Of a stretch of DNA of 64,000 nucleotides, positions 9,600-18,732 are shown in pieces. How positions within the stretch are numbered: position 1 is the first letter of the stretch; each line of letters opens with the position of its first letter. The notes under the pieces were generated by a model. The model ran no database searches and was not told where the DNA came from. It was given only the letters and a program-made list of their open reading frames with translations. The DNA is from Candidatus Woesearchaeota archaeon (GTDB taxonomy: Archaea; Nanobdellota; Nanobdellia; Woesearchaeales; ARS49): the NCBI GenBank assembly GCA_037445145.1, contig JBBILB010000001.1, positions 36,637 through 100,636 on the forward strand, read 5' to 3'. A program made the translations under genes and the position numbers.

Positions 9600-9710
9600 G
9601 GACGGTCATAGGGGCCGGGTCCCACCCGATCCCATTCGAACTCGGCATGTTAAACCGGCTTCCGTACCCGACTGTACTGCATTGCGCGGGAAATCGGGTA
9701 AGCTGTCCAC
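9600..9710 (+). rRNA. rrf: 5S rRNA (unlinked from 16S/23S)
   Basis: Terminal helix GGACGG/CTGTCC; conserved CACCCGATCCCATTCGAACTCGG..GTTAA; GTACTG..GGGAAA loop E; TTTATAAA ~25 nt upstream and a T-tract downstream. Confidence 0.9.
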
Positions 9711-9777
9711 CTTTTTTTTCATTAAGAATAAACAACTACCAGTACGAGCTCCTTACAGCCGCGGTGCCAAATGGAAA

Positions 9778-10854
9778 TTAAATATCTACAATGACTTCTC
9801 CAGTAGCTTCGTTGATTTCCTTTATCTGGGTAAATCTCTGCTTGACTTCATTCCAGCTTAGTTTTTTCTTTGCCTCAATAATTTCTGAAAGCAGTTTGTT
9901 TATTTCCTGGTAGTGCTCGTAAATGTATTCCCCTTTGCGCATTTCTTCCTCTGCCCTTTTCTCGAGCTCTGCAAGGTTTTTTTGCTGCATTGCAATCATT
10001 GTCTCGATTTTTTTGAGCTTTTCCTGCACTGGCGCTGTCTTTTGCTCCTTGACGGCCTCTGCAGGAAGCGCAAAAACCCTTGCAAGGGCTCCTCCAAAGG
10101 TTTCAACGTTCTCGCGTTTTTTGTTTGCGTAGCAGTCAAAAGGCACGGGTGTTGCGTCAACCACAATGCTTCCCTCGTAAATCAATTGTGGTGCTGGTTT
10201 TTGGGCAAGCATTTTTTGCAGTGCGTGCCAGATGTCATGGGCGTGCTCTTCCTTGACCTGCTCTGATGCAGAAATTCCGCACTTCACGCAGAGCTCTTCT
10301 GCAAGTGTTTTTCCCAGCCCGAACTGGACTGCAAGGGTTTTTGATATGTTTTCCTTGCTCTGCATCATTTTTTTGGCAAATTCCTTTTCGTCAAGGTGGA
10401 AGGTGTCAGTGCTTTTTGGCAGCTGGTATGTTTTGCCGCGCTGCACCCTTTCATTTAGGGCAAGTGCTGAAATGACAACATTGTCAGCGCTGCAAATCAC
10501 AGCGTTTCCCCTTCCAAATATTTCAAGATACAAAACAAACTGCTTTTCAGACCGAGTAACGTGAATTGCGAGTATTCTTTCAGAACAAACCTGCTCAATG
10601 TGTGTTATCCTGCTGTTGCCAATCAGTTTTCTGAGCTGTGCTGCAAAAGGGTGTATTTTTTCAGGCGTTGCTGGCTTTTCAGCAGGAATCCAGCACTTGC
10701 CGGGCATTGCCTGAAGTATTGTTTTTGTGCCAAAGGTAAGCAGTATGCCCCTGTCTTCAAGTACATAAATCTTGTCAAGCCTTTCATTGACCAATTGCTG
10801 TAATTCCTTAACAAGGAATTTGAGGTCAAATGCTGTTATTTCGGTTTTTGTCAT
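9778..10854 (-). CDS. Rqc2/NEMF/NFACT-family protein, N-terminal part only
   Basis: ITAFDL..LVKELQ.L...RLDKIY, LRKLIGNSRI..IEQ..ERI, LEIFGRGN, GLGKTLAEE (HhH), coiled coil and GEYIYEHY. Confidence 0.8.
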   Translation of the reverse strand: MTKTEITAFDLKFLVKELQQLVNERLDKIYVLEDRGILLTFGTKTILQAMPGKCWIPAEKPATPEKIHPFAAQLRKLIGNSRITHIEQVCSERILAIHVTRSEKQFVLYLEIFGRGNAVICSADNVVISALALNERVQRGKTYQLPKSTDTFHLDEKEFAKKMMQSKENISKTLAVQFGLGKTLAEELCVKCGISASEQVKEEHAHDIWHALQKMLAQKPAPQLIYEGSIVVDATPVPFDCYANKKRENVETFGGALARVFALPAEAVKEQKTAPVQEKLKKIETMIAMQQKNLAELEKRAEEEMRKGEYIYEHYQEINKLLSEIIEAKKKLSWNEVKQRFTQIKEINEATGEVIVDI

Positions 10855-11228
10855 GCAGCTTTGCCAAGCCCGATGAGCGTGACTCCAACCAGTATGCAGG
10901 CGATCCCGATTATTTTGTTTTTTGTTATGCGCTCATTGAGCAGTTTTGTTGAAATAAGGCATGTCCAGATGTAAGAGAGCGATGTCAGGGGGTAAAGCAC
11001 TGAAAGCTCGCCATACTGCAGGCCAATCACAAATATTATTGAGGAGACAAAAAAGAATCCGCAACCGATGAATGCCTTGTAGCTCTTTAACAGTATTAAA
11101 GGGTCTTTCAGGATTTTGAAAGGGTTGAGTGTGAATTTTGCAGAGCCCATTTTCATGAAAACAGGCCCCCATGCTGAGATGAGCGTGGCAGAGACAACAA
11201 TGAGTATTCCTATCAGCGTGTCGTTCAT
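10851..11228 (-). CDS. Small 4-TM EamA/DMT (ArnE/ArnF-like) membrane protein
   Basis: Four TM segments, GELSVLYPLTSLSYIW, LLNERIT..KIIG. Confidence 0.8.
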   Translation of the reverse strand: MNDTLIGILIVVSATLISAWGPVFMKMGSAKFTLNPFKILKDPLILLKSYKAFIGCGFFFVSSIIFVIGLQYGELSVLYPLTSLSYIWTCLISTKLLNERITKNKIIGIACILVGVTLIGLGKAA

Positions 11229-11581
11229 GGAGCAACCCCGTGCTTGTGCACGCCTTTCCCAAGCATTGCAACACCGACGATGATTGCAGCCATTCCTGAT
11301 AATTTGAATGTATTGAGCGGTTCTGCCAGGTAAAATGCTGACAAAAGGCTTACCCAGATGTAGTTGGAGGAATACATGGGGTAAAGCACAGAAACTTCTC
11401 CGCCCTTGAATGATATTATCAGGAGAAATGCCGCGATTATGTATGTTGCAAACCCAAGCAGCAGCGGGACATTGGTAATGATTTCAGGAAGCCTCATTGC
11501 GCCAAACTTCCACAATAATTGTGCTATAGAGGTAACGATTGTGCACACAATCACCAGCAAAATCGCGCTTGGCTTGGTCAT
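11225..11581 (-). CDS. Small 4-TM EamA/DMT (ArnE/ArnF-like) membrane protein, paralog of the adjacent gene
   Basis: AQLLWKFG, GEVSVLYPMYSSNYIW, LAEPL. Confidence 0.8.
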   Translation of the reverse strand: MTKPSAILLVIVCTIVTSIAQLLWKFGAMRLPEIITNVPLLLGFATYIIAAFLLIISFKGGEVSVLYPMYSSNYIWVSLLSAFYLAEPLNTFKLSGMAAIIVGVAMLGKGVHKHGVAP

Positions 11582-13321
11582 TTACTCCTCGTACAGGAGC
11601 TGGATTATGAATGCGTACGCCGGCCTTGTGATGAAAACTCCGACTGATGCGCCTATTATTGTGGTGAGCGCAAAGCCCTTGAGCAGTCCTGCTCCTGCAA
11701 ACAATAATGGCAGCATTGCAACAACAACAGTGCAGTAGGCGCTGAATATTATGAAGAATGCGCGCTTGATTCTTTCCTTCCAGTTGTATGCTGCCTTTTC
11801 AAGCTCTTTCTTTAGCGCCTCGTCCATTATGACTATCTGGTCATTGACGCCTATTCCGACCGCAACAATGAGTCCTGCAATGGCTGCAAGGTCAAGGCTC
11901 CAGCCGAATAATGCGTACATGCCCATTGTGAGGATGACTTCGGTAAGGCTGCAGCCGATGATTGGCAGGGCTATCTTTATTTTGCGGTAATTGATTACAA
12001 GAATTATTGTGACAACTGCAACAGCAATCAGTCCTGCCATTAATGCGTTCCTGACAAACTGCGAACCAAGAGTGGGAGATATTGTGTCAATCCTTGCAAT
12101 GTCAAGCTTGACAGGCAGGCTTCCAGTTATGAGGACTGTCTGGAGGCGCTTCATGCTTTCAAGGGTTGCCCTTGTTGCCTCATCCCGCGTGGCTCCAAAG
12201 CCAGAGCCGGTGATTGCGATGTCTGTCACAGCCCTTCCCCTGAGGTCGTCTGCTATGTTGAGCTCGTCAACAAGCTGGTCGTCAAGGTAGAGCTTGAGCT
12301 GTTCGCTCAGGTAGTTGCCGCTGCGCTCAGTGATTATTTTGAGGTCTTTTGTTGCTTCTGCCTGTCTTTGCGCGGCCTCAGGGCTGAGGGAGATGCTAAA
12401 CATGAAGCCGCATGTCCACCCTCCCTGCACTGTGCCACACCCCCTTCTTGGGTCTATTCCGCTGCATTCTGCAGTACGGCAAACGTATGTTATGTCCTCT
12501 CCGCCGCGGAAGACTGTCTTGTTTGCTATTGTTGCCTCAAACTTGCCCTGCCTTGCCAGCAGGTCCTTGACTTCCTCTTCTGTTGCGCCTGCTATCTCGA
12601 CGAGTATGTACCTGTTTGGCTCTCCGAGGAATCCTGGCTTGTCCTGAACGGTTGTTACCACGATGTCGCTGAGCCCGTAAACGTTCAGGCGCTCCTTCAG
12701 GCTGTCAACCATCATGTTAAGCGTGTCAACAGGGACTGCCTCGGCAGGCCTCAGTAGAACCCTTGTTCCGCCCTGCAGGTCCAGCCCCTTGCGCAAATTT
12801 GTTGTTGGGGCATTGTCAACGCGCAGCCCTATGTTTTCAACTCCGACGGGTTCGCGAAGCACTTTTTCAACGAGCACGGTTTTGTTTATACTCTTGTTTA
12901 CAAGGACGATTGTGCCATTTACCGTCTCATTGACTTCCTCAATTACGGTTATTTCCTTTTCCTCCGTCTCATTGAGTTCTATTGTTTTGTATGCCTCTTT
13001 TACAACCAGCTTGTAAGTGCCTTTGTTTGTTTTTATCTGGATGGTCTGGTTGACTCGCAGTGTCTTGGTGAATGCATAATAATCATCCACGCTGTTCATT
13101 GGTTTGTTGTTTATGCTAATAATTACTTCCTTGGAAAATGGAGCTGCAGCAGGCTTTGGGTTTGCAATGCCTGCGATTGCTGCAGAGCTGTTTTTTGCAA
13201 CGCTCTTTATCATTACGCCTTTGTTCCAGAATTCAGGCCTTAGCGCGATGACCATAAATACAATTACTGCTATCAGAATGATTACGCGGATATTCAGGAG
13301 TGCTTTCTTAAGTTTGCCCAT
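11582..13321 (-). CDS. secD: Protein translocase subunit SecD (with a PDZ-like insert)
   Basis: LRKGLDLQGG, ERLNVYGL, GSLPVKL, ISPTLG, LDLAAIAGLIVAVGIGVNDQIVI, LKGFALTT. Confidence 0.92.
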   Translation of the reverse strand: MGKLKKALLNIRVIILIAVIVFMVIALRPEFWNKGVMIKSVAKNSSAAIAGIANPKPAAAPFSKEVIISINNKPMNSVDDYYAFTKTLRVNQTIQIKTNKGTYKLVVKEAYKTIELNETEEKEITVIEEVNETVNGTIVLVNKSINKTVLVEKVLREPVGVENIGLRVDNAPTTNLRKGLDLQGGTRVLLRPAEAVPVDTLNMMVDSLKERLNVYGLSDIVVTTVQDKPGFLGEPNRYILVEIAGATEEEVKDLLARQGKFEATIANKTVFRGGEDITYVCRTAECSGIDPRRGCGTVQGGWTCGFMFSISLSPEAAQRQAEATKDLKIITERSGNYLSEQLKLYLDDQLVDELNIADDLRGRAVTDIAITGSGFGATRDEATRATLESMKRLQTVLITGSLPVKLDIARIDTISPTLGSQFVRNALMAGLIAVAVVTIILVINYRKIKIALPIIGCSLTEVILTMGMYALFGWSLDLAAIAGLIVAVGIGVNDQIVIMDEALKKELEKAAYNWKERIKRAFFIIFSAYCTVVVAMLPLLFAGAGLLKGFALTTIIGASVGVFITRPAYAFIIQLLYEE

Positions 13322-14207
13322 GCTGGCCTCCTTCCTTGCGCTCAAGATACCATCTCAGGATTCCTGCATTCTGGATCCAAGTATAAACTATGTCAAAGAG
13401 CGTTCCGATTGATATTATGAGCATGATTTGCTTGACCACGTCGGACTGTGTGTAAATATATCCTGCCATTGCAGCCCCAAATGCAGTCAATGACATCAGC
13501 ATTCCTGTGCGCATTGTTCCCACAGTGCGCTCAAAGATAGTGCCTTCCTTTCGCTTGAGGACCTTTGTTGTGAGGAGGATGTCTGTGTCAACAGAATAAC
13601 CTATGAGCATGAGGAGCGCTGCAACTCCTGCTGTTGAAAGCTTTATTCCGAGCATATCAATGGCGGCTATTGTGCTTAGGATGTCTGATACTGCGCAAAG
13701 TATTACGAAAGTGCTTGGCAGAAGGTTTCTGAAAGTGACAAACACTACTATGCTCATGAATATGAATGCCACAATGACTGCAATTATTGTCTGCCTGTAG
13801 AAGCTCTGGCCAAGCGACGAGCCCATTGTTTCAATAGAGAACTCGCCCTGCTCCATCGGTATGCCCTGGGCGCTGATGGCTGCGACAAGTTCGTCCTCGC
13901 CGACGTCAGCCGCTTCAATAATCAATGCCTTTATTTCCCCTGCCTCTGCTATGCTCCTGACGTTAATGTCCGCCTTGGGGAATTGCAATGACAGTGCTTT
14001 CTGCAGTGCGTGGATGTCTGCCTGTTCTACAGGGATTGTTATCGTAAGCCCTCCCTTGAGCGAAACGCCTTTTGAGACAAATTCGCCTGTCTGCGCCTTG
14101 TGGACAATAAGTACTGCAATGCAGGCAAAAAGCAGAAGGAAGCTCAGTATAAGGAGCTTCTTGTAGTGCTTGTCATAAATGTTCAAGAGGAATGACTTTA
14201 TTCCCAC
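13308..14207 (-). CDS. secF: Protein translocase subunit SecF
   Basis: GVSLKGG, GSSLG, AALLMLIGYSVDTDILLT. Confidence 0.92.
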   Translation of the reverse strand: MGIKSFLLNIYDKHYKKLLILSFLLLFACIAVLIVHKAQTGEFVSKGVSLKGGLTITIPVEQADIHALQKALSLQFPKADINVRSIAEAGEIKALIIEAADVGEDELVAAISAQGIPMEQGEFSIETMGSSLGQSFYRQTIIAVIVAFIFMSIVVFVTFRNLLPSTFVILCAVSDILSTIAAIDMLGIKLSTAGVAALLMLIGYSVDTDILLTTKVLKRKEGTIFERTVGTMRTGMLMSLTAFGAAMAGYIYTQSDVVKQIMLIISIGTLFDIVYTWIQNAGILRWYLERKEGGQHGQT

Positions 14208-14241
14208 ACTTTCACCAAGAAACTGGGTATGTGGTCAGTTT

Positions 14242-15855
14242 TTAAAGGTTGCTAATTCTGGCAAGGGCTGCTCTTACGAAGCCAAGGAACAGCGGGTTTG
14301 GTTTTTCAAGGTGTGAAGTGAGCTCGTTGTGTGCCTGTGTGGCAACAAAATAAGGGTGTTCTGGAAGCTCAATGAATTCAGCAAGCAGCCCATCAGGCGA
14401 GATGCCGCTGAGCCTCATTCCTCCTGCGCGCAGTTTGTCATGATATGCAGGGTTTACCTCGTACCTGTGCCTGTGGCGCTCAAATGCTTCTGCCGCGTTG
14501 TACAATTGCCTGACAATGCTTCCTTCCTCAAGCACTGCCCTGCATGCTCCGAGCCGCATTGTGCCTCCCATTGCGGTAATGTTTTTTTGTTCCGGCAATA
14601 AGTCAATGACTGGGTGCTGCGTCCTGGGCTCTATCTCTGTTGTGTGCGCGCCGGCGAGCCCGCATACGTTTCTTGCGAATTCAACAACTGCGAGCTGGAA
14701 GCCGTAGCAGATTCCGAGATAGGGGACTTTGTTCTCCCTTGCGTATCTTATCACTGCTATTTTGCCTTCAACACCCCTTTTTCCAAACCCGCCTGGAACA
14801 AGAATTCCCTGTGTTCCTTTCAGCGCCTCCTCAACTGTTGTTTTTCCGCACTCAATGTCTGTTGTTTCCACCCATTTCAGTTTGATTCTTGCATCGCAGT
14901 GCGCTCCTGCGTGAATCAATGCCTCTATTATGCTCGCGTACGAGTCCTTGAGGGCTGTGTATTTGCCGCACACGGCGATTGTTGTTTCGTTTTTTGGATT
15001 CTTTATTTTGTTGACAAGCGCCTGCCATTCTTCCATTTCAGCCCTGTGCCTTAAAAGTAGCCGGTTGTTTAGTATTTCAAGCAGCCCTTCTTTTAGGAAC
15101 ACAAGCGGCACTTCGTAAATGTTTTCAACATCAGCCCCGCTTATCACGTGCGAGGGGTCAATGTCGCAAAAGAGGGATATTTTTTCCTTGACATGTTGCG
15201 GAAGGGCGCCCCTGCTCCTGCAGATTATTACATCAGGGGTTATTCCCTTTTCCCTAAGGAGGGCTACGTCTCTCTGGGCAATCTTGGTTTTTGGCTCGCC
15301 CACGGAATGAAGGAATGGCACGTATGTGAGGTGGACGTATGCTATGTTCTCGTGCCCTACGTCCTTCTTGAGCTGTCTTGCTGCTTCGACAAACCAGCTG
15401 TTCTCTATGTCGCCTACGGTTCCGCCGATTTCGAGAAGGACTATGTCCGGCTGTTCCTGCCTGACAAGTGAGAATATCCATTCCTTGATTTCATTGATGA
15501 CGTGGGGGAATATCTGTATTGTTTTTCCAAGATACTGACCCTTGCGCTCTTTTGCTATTACCCTGTTGAATACTTTTCCTGACGTGAGGTTCCAGTCGAA
15601 CTTGCACTGCACGCCGATAAAGCGCTCATAGTGTCCAAAATCCATATCAACCTCTCCGCCGTCATTAAGCACATACACCTCTCCGTGCTCAATAGGGTTC
15701 ATTGTGCCGGGATCAACGTTGAGATAGCCGTCGCACTTTATGCAAATGATTTTCCCGTGGTTTTTGAGAAGCCTTCCGATTGATGCTGTTGCGACTCCCT
15801 TGCCAAGCCCTGAAAGAACTCCTCCTGTTATTACGACAAACTTGGTTAGGTGCAT
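14242..15855 (-). CDS. pyrG: CTP synthase
   Basis: TGGVLSGLGKG, YLNVDPGTM, EIGGTVGDIE, VPGGFG, GICYG, ERHRHRYE. Confidence 0.97.
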   Translation of the reverse strand: MHLTKFVVITGGVLSGLGKGVATASIGRLLKNHGKIICIKCDGYLNVDPGTMNPIEHGEVYVLNDGGEVDMDFGHYERFIGVQCKFDWNLTSGKVFNRVIAKERKGQYLGKTIQIFPHVINEIKEWIFSLVRQEQPDIVLLEIGGTVGDIENSWFVEAARQLKKDVGHENIAYVHLTYVPFLHSVGEPKTKIAQRDVALLREKGITPDVIICRSRGALPQHVKEKISLFCDIDPSHVISGADVENIYEVPLVFLKEGLLEILNNRLLLRHRAEMEEWQALVNKIKNPKNETTIAVCGKYTALKDSYASIIEALIHAGAHCDARIKLKWVETTDIECGKTTVEEALKGTQGILVPGGFGKRGVEGKIAVIRYARENKVPYLGICYGFQLAVVEFARNVCGLAGAHTTEIEPRTQHPVIDLLPEQKNITAMGGTMRLGACRAVLEEGSIVRQLYNAAEAFERHRHRYEVNPAYHDKLRAGGMRLSGISPDGLLAEFIELPEHPYFVATQAHNELTSHLEKPNPLFLGFVRAALARISNL

Positions 15856-15909
15856 ACCTGACAAAAATGCCTGTGGTTTAAATGCTTTTGTAGTCTCCAG
15901 AACAACACA

Positions 15910-16470
15910 TCAGGAAAATGCCTGCCACAATCCTGAATACACTTTCCATCCGTCAAAGCCAGGCACTGGAAGCATGTTTAGCACGAACAGCAGCAGGTTT
16001 ATCCTTTGCGTGATGAACCAAAAAGCAAACCATCTCCTGTCGCGTATTCTCCTGTACCTGAGCACAAGCCATGCTGTCACAAAGAGCGCCAGGTTTACTG
16101 CAGGCCCTGCAAATTCTATAACTGCCGAGTCCAGAGGGGGGATTATGCACGGCAGGCTTGCGCAGCTGATTGCAACATATGCCGGCACAAAGAATATGAA
16201 CGGCGAGTGCGCAAGCCTGAGCAGCACACCTATGCCAAGGAAGATGTATGCTGCGTGAAATGTTGCATTCAAGCCAAAGCCAATCGCGACAAACTTGTGG
16301 CTGAGCTCATGCAAAATCAAAGCAGGTGCTGTCACAAGGCAGGCAAACCACAACGCGCGCCAATTGAATGTTGTCCTGTATCCGTGTGGAATAAATAACA
16401 TCATGAATATGTAGCCCACTGCGGTTGTCATGAGTGCCATGTCAAAGAGTTCAGTGAGTGAAAGCAGCAT
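15910..16470 (-). CDS. M50-family (site-2 protease-like) membrane zinc metalloprotease
   Basis: HELSH (HExxH), AGPAVN, NMLPVPGFDG. Confidence 0.88.
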   Translation of the reverse strand: MLLSLTELFDMALMTTAVGYIFMMLFIPHGYRTTFNWRALWFACLVTAPALILHELSHKFVAIGFGLNATFHAAYIFLGIGVLLRLAHSPFIFFVPAYVAISCASLPCIIPPLDSAVIEFAGPAVNLALFVTAWLVLRYRRIRDRRWFAFWFITQRINLLLFVLNMLPVPGFDGWKVYSGLWQAFS

Positions 16471-16503
16471 ATTCCGGAAGTTCGCCAGAAGGGTTTATAA
16501 GTC

Positions 16504-17460
16504 TTACTTGAGAAGGTGTGATTTCAGCCGCTGGTCAATTTCAAACAGTACGCGTTCAAAGTTCTCGCGCGTCACTGACGGGAACTGGGCAAGCCTTGCA
16601 CCTGCGGCATAACTGTGCCCCCCTCCGCCGAATAATCTTGCTATTTCTGCAAGGTTAAGCTGGCAGGTGTCGCGCTTCCTGAAGCTTATCCTGCCGTTCC
16701 TGTAAAGAACTACAGAGACGTCAACGCCGGCATGGGTGTCAAGGATGTGCTGCCCTGCGTCAGACGACGGCAGTATTGATGGCGCGAGCGTGAATCCGAA
16801 ATTGAAGCCTGTTATGTTCTTGACCGCCAAGTGCATGATTATGTCCTGCATTGCGTGCTGTTTTTTTCTTAGGTATTCCTGCCTTAATTGCTCAAACTTT
16901 TCTGACCAGAGAATGCCTTTTGACAAGGACTCAATCAGCTCTTTTGGCTCGATTCCTGAAGCAATGAGGTCTGCGAGCTGGACCGCCCTTTTGTCTGTGC
17001 GCTCCCAAAACTCAATGTCGTGTGCTATTTCGGCAAGCTCTTTTGCAACATTGTCGTTCGGCAAGAACCTGCGCTGTGTTAGTTCTGCCGCGCAGATTTT
17101 TTCTTTTGGGAGTGGCGCATAATGCAGCGGTCCTGACAGCTCGACAGTGTGGGTGTGCCTTGACAAAACAAGTCCATCAGCCTCTGAGTGCGGGTGGTGG
17201 CTGTTCCAGTACGCAATCCTGTTCCTCACTGTTATTGCGCTGAGCTTTGGCTCGAGTGCTGCAACAGTGTCAGGCAAAAAGTCAAGGATGAATATGAGGT
17301 CTCCGCTCAGGTTCTGCATTGCCGAGAACTGCTCGTCTGCGTTTTCAAAGTTGAGAATTCCGCCAAGCCTGGCATCGTGCCCCCTTAGGCAGGATGCCCT
17401 GAACACTATCGCTGCTGATGCGAGCCCGTCCAGCTGCTGGGAACAGTAGACGACGTGCAT
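16504..17460 (-). CDS. DHH/DHHA1-family phosphoesterase-like protein with degenerate motifs
   Basis: LDGLASAA, FILDF, WNSHH at the DHH position, ISFR and FGGGGHSYAAG (DHHA1). Confidence 0.75.
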   Translation of the reverse strand: MHVVYCSQQLDGLASAAIVFRASCLRGHDARLGGILNFENADEQFSAMQNLSGDLIFILDFLPDTVAALEPKLSAITVRNRIAYWNSHHPHSEADGLVLSRHTHTVELSGPLHYAPLPKEKICAAELTQRRFLPNDNVAKELAEIAHDIEFWERTDKRAVQLADLIASGIEPKELIESLSKGILWSEKFEQLRQEYLRKKQHAMQDIIMHLAVKNITGFNFGFTLAPSILPSSDAGQHILDTHAGVDVSVVLYRNGRISFRKRDTCQLNLAEIARLFGGGGHSYAAGARLAQFPSVTRENFERVLFEIDQRLKSHLLK

Positions 17461-17491
17461 GAGCCCTGTTAAGTGTTTGCGCTATATAAAA

Positions 17492-18118
17492 CTACGGCAT
17501 TATTCTGTAAAAATGGTATAGCACGCGGTCAACTGCTTTTATGAGTTCAAGCCCGCTCCCTTCTATAATTAGGCAGTTGCCGTCAAGCGTAACTTTTGGC
17601 TGTTCTTTAATCCTGACGTAAAACACAGCCTTGTCATCGTCATCGCACGTGATTATTGGATGGCCTGCGCAAAGCTCAGAAATGTTTTTTGTGCATGCAG
17701 TGATGACCTCGTTGCCCATTCCCCTTGACCAGCTGAGCCCGAGTTCTGCAAATGCTAGGGCAAGGTATTTGAAGTCTGTATTGTTTGAGCTGTTCGAGCT
17801 GTTTGAGTCAGGGTCAAATGTCAGGTAATAAGGCTGCCTGAGGAATGTTTCGTTGAGCCCGCCGCCAGTGGGCACTTTTTCAACCTCAAGCGGGCTGTAG
17901 CGCAGGCTGACATCAAAAACCTGGCCATCGCTTCGCTGCCATAGGGTATGCCACATTCCGTCAGTTTGGTTGTAAAACTCAAAATTGTTGTAGATAAGGT
18001 CGGGCTTGTTTTCGCGCGGCTTGTGCATTGCCTTGTAAGCAAAAACGGCTGACGCGACGAGGATTATGACAACGATTGTTACGGTCAGGATGTTTTTGTC
18101 AATTTTTATTTGCACCAC
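17492..18118 (-). CDS. Membrane-anchored hypothetical protein (paralog of 18118-18687)
   Basis: N-terminal TM segment, YNNFEF..W...LRYSPLEVEKVP, PIITC, VDRVLY. GTG start after an AGGTGA RBS. Confidence 0.7.
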   Translation of the reverse strand: MVQIKIDKNILTVTIVVIILVASAVFAYKAMHKPRENKPDLIYNNFEFYNQTDGMWHTLWQRSDGQVFDVSLRYSPLEVEKVPTGGGLNETFLRQPYYLTFDPDSNSSNSSNNTDFKYLALAFAELGLSWSRGMGNEVITACTKNISELCAGHPIITCDDDDKAVFYVRIKEQPKVTLDGNCLIIEGSGLELIKAVDRVLYHFYRIMP

Positions 18119-18687
18119 TACTTCATCACCTTTAGTTCGTGGTAGATGATGCGGTCTCCAAGCCTGTAAATATCCCTTGCATTGTCTGCTGTTGCAATAA
18201 TGCATCCGTCAGTGTGCTCAATGATTGTCTCGTTGCCTGACTGCATAATGATTACCGGCACTTCCATCGTGGCGTTTGAGCAGTTTATTTGGGGCAATTG
18301 GTAGTCTGTGTTGTCTGTGAGCGCCCTTTGCACGTAAACGTTCGCCCATTTGCCCAGTGAGTCTTCCATATAAAACATTGCGTCTGCGATGTTTGTGGAG
18401 TAAATGTCATTGGGATTGTACGAAAACCAAACCACGCGCGGCCCGTCAAGCGCGACTGCCGCACCCCTGTCAAATGGTATGTCTTCAAGCTCTGCAGGAT
18501 GGTAAAAGAACTGCATTTTCACGTCATTTATCTTTGCCTGCCAGCCCCGCTGCGTCCGGGTGAACTTTATGCCATTGTATTCTGCCTGCTGCCCTGGCTC
18601 TGTGAAAGTGAGCGCAAATCCGATAACGCTGAGTACCATTATTGCCGCGATGAACAACGACAGCCCGGTCTTCCTGTCAAACTGCAT
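18118..18687 (-). CDS. Membrane-anchored hypothetical protein
   Basis: N-terminal TM segment, YNGIKF..W...FFYHPAELEDIP, PQINC, GDRIIY. Confidence 0.75.
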   Translation of the reverse strand: MQFDRKTGLSLFIAAIMVLSVIGFALTFTEPGQQAEYNGIKFTRTQRGWQAKINDVKMQFFYHPAELEDIPFDRGAAVALDGPRVVWFSYNPNDIYSTNIADAMFYMEDSLGKWANVYVQRALTDNTDYQLPQINCSNATMEVPVIIMQSGNETIIEHTDGCIIATADNARDIYRLGDRIIYHELKVMK

Positions 18688-18732
18688 ATGCGGGCATCAC
18701 AAGCGGCTGAATAAAAGCTTTTTGGATGAATT

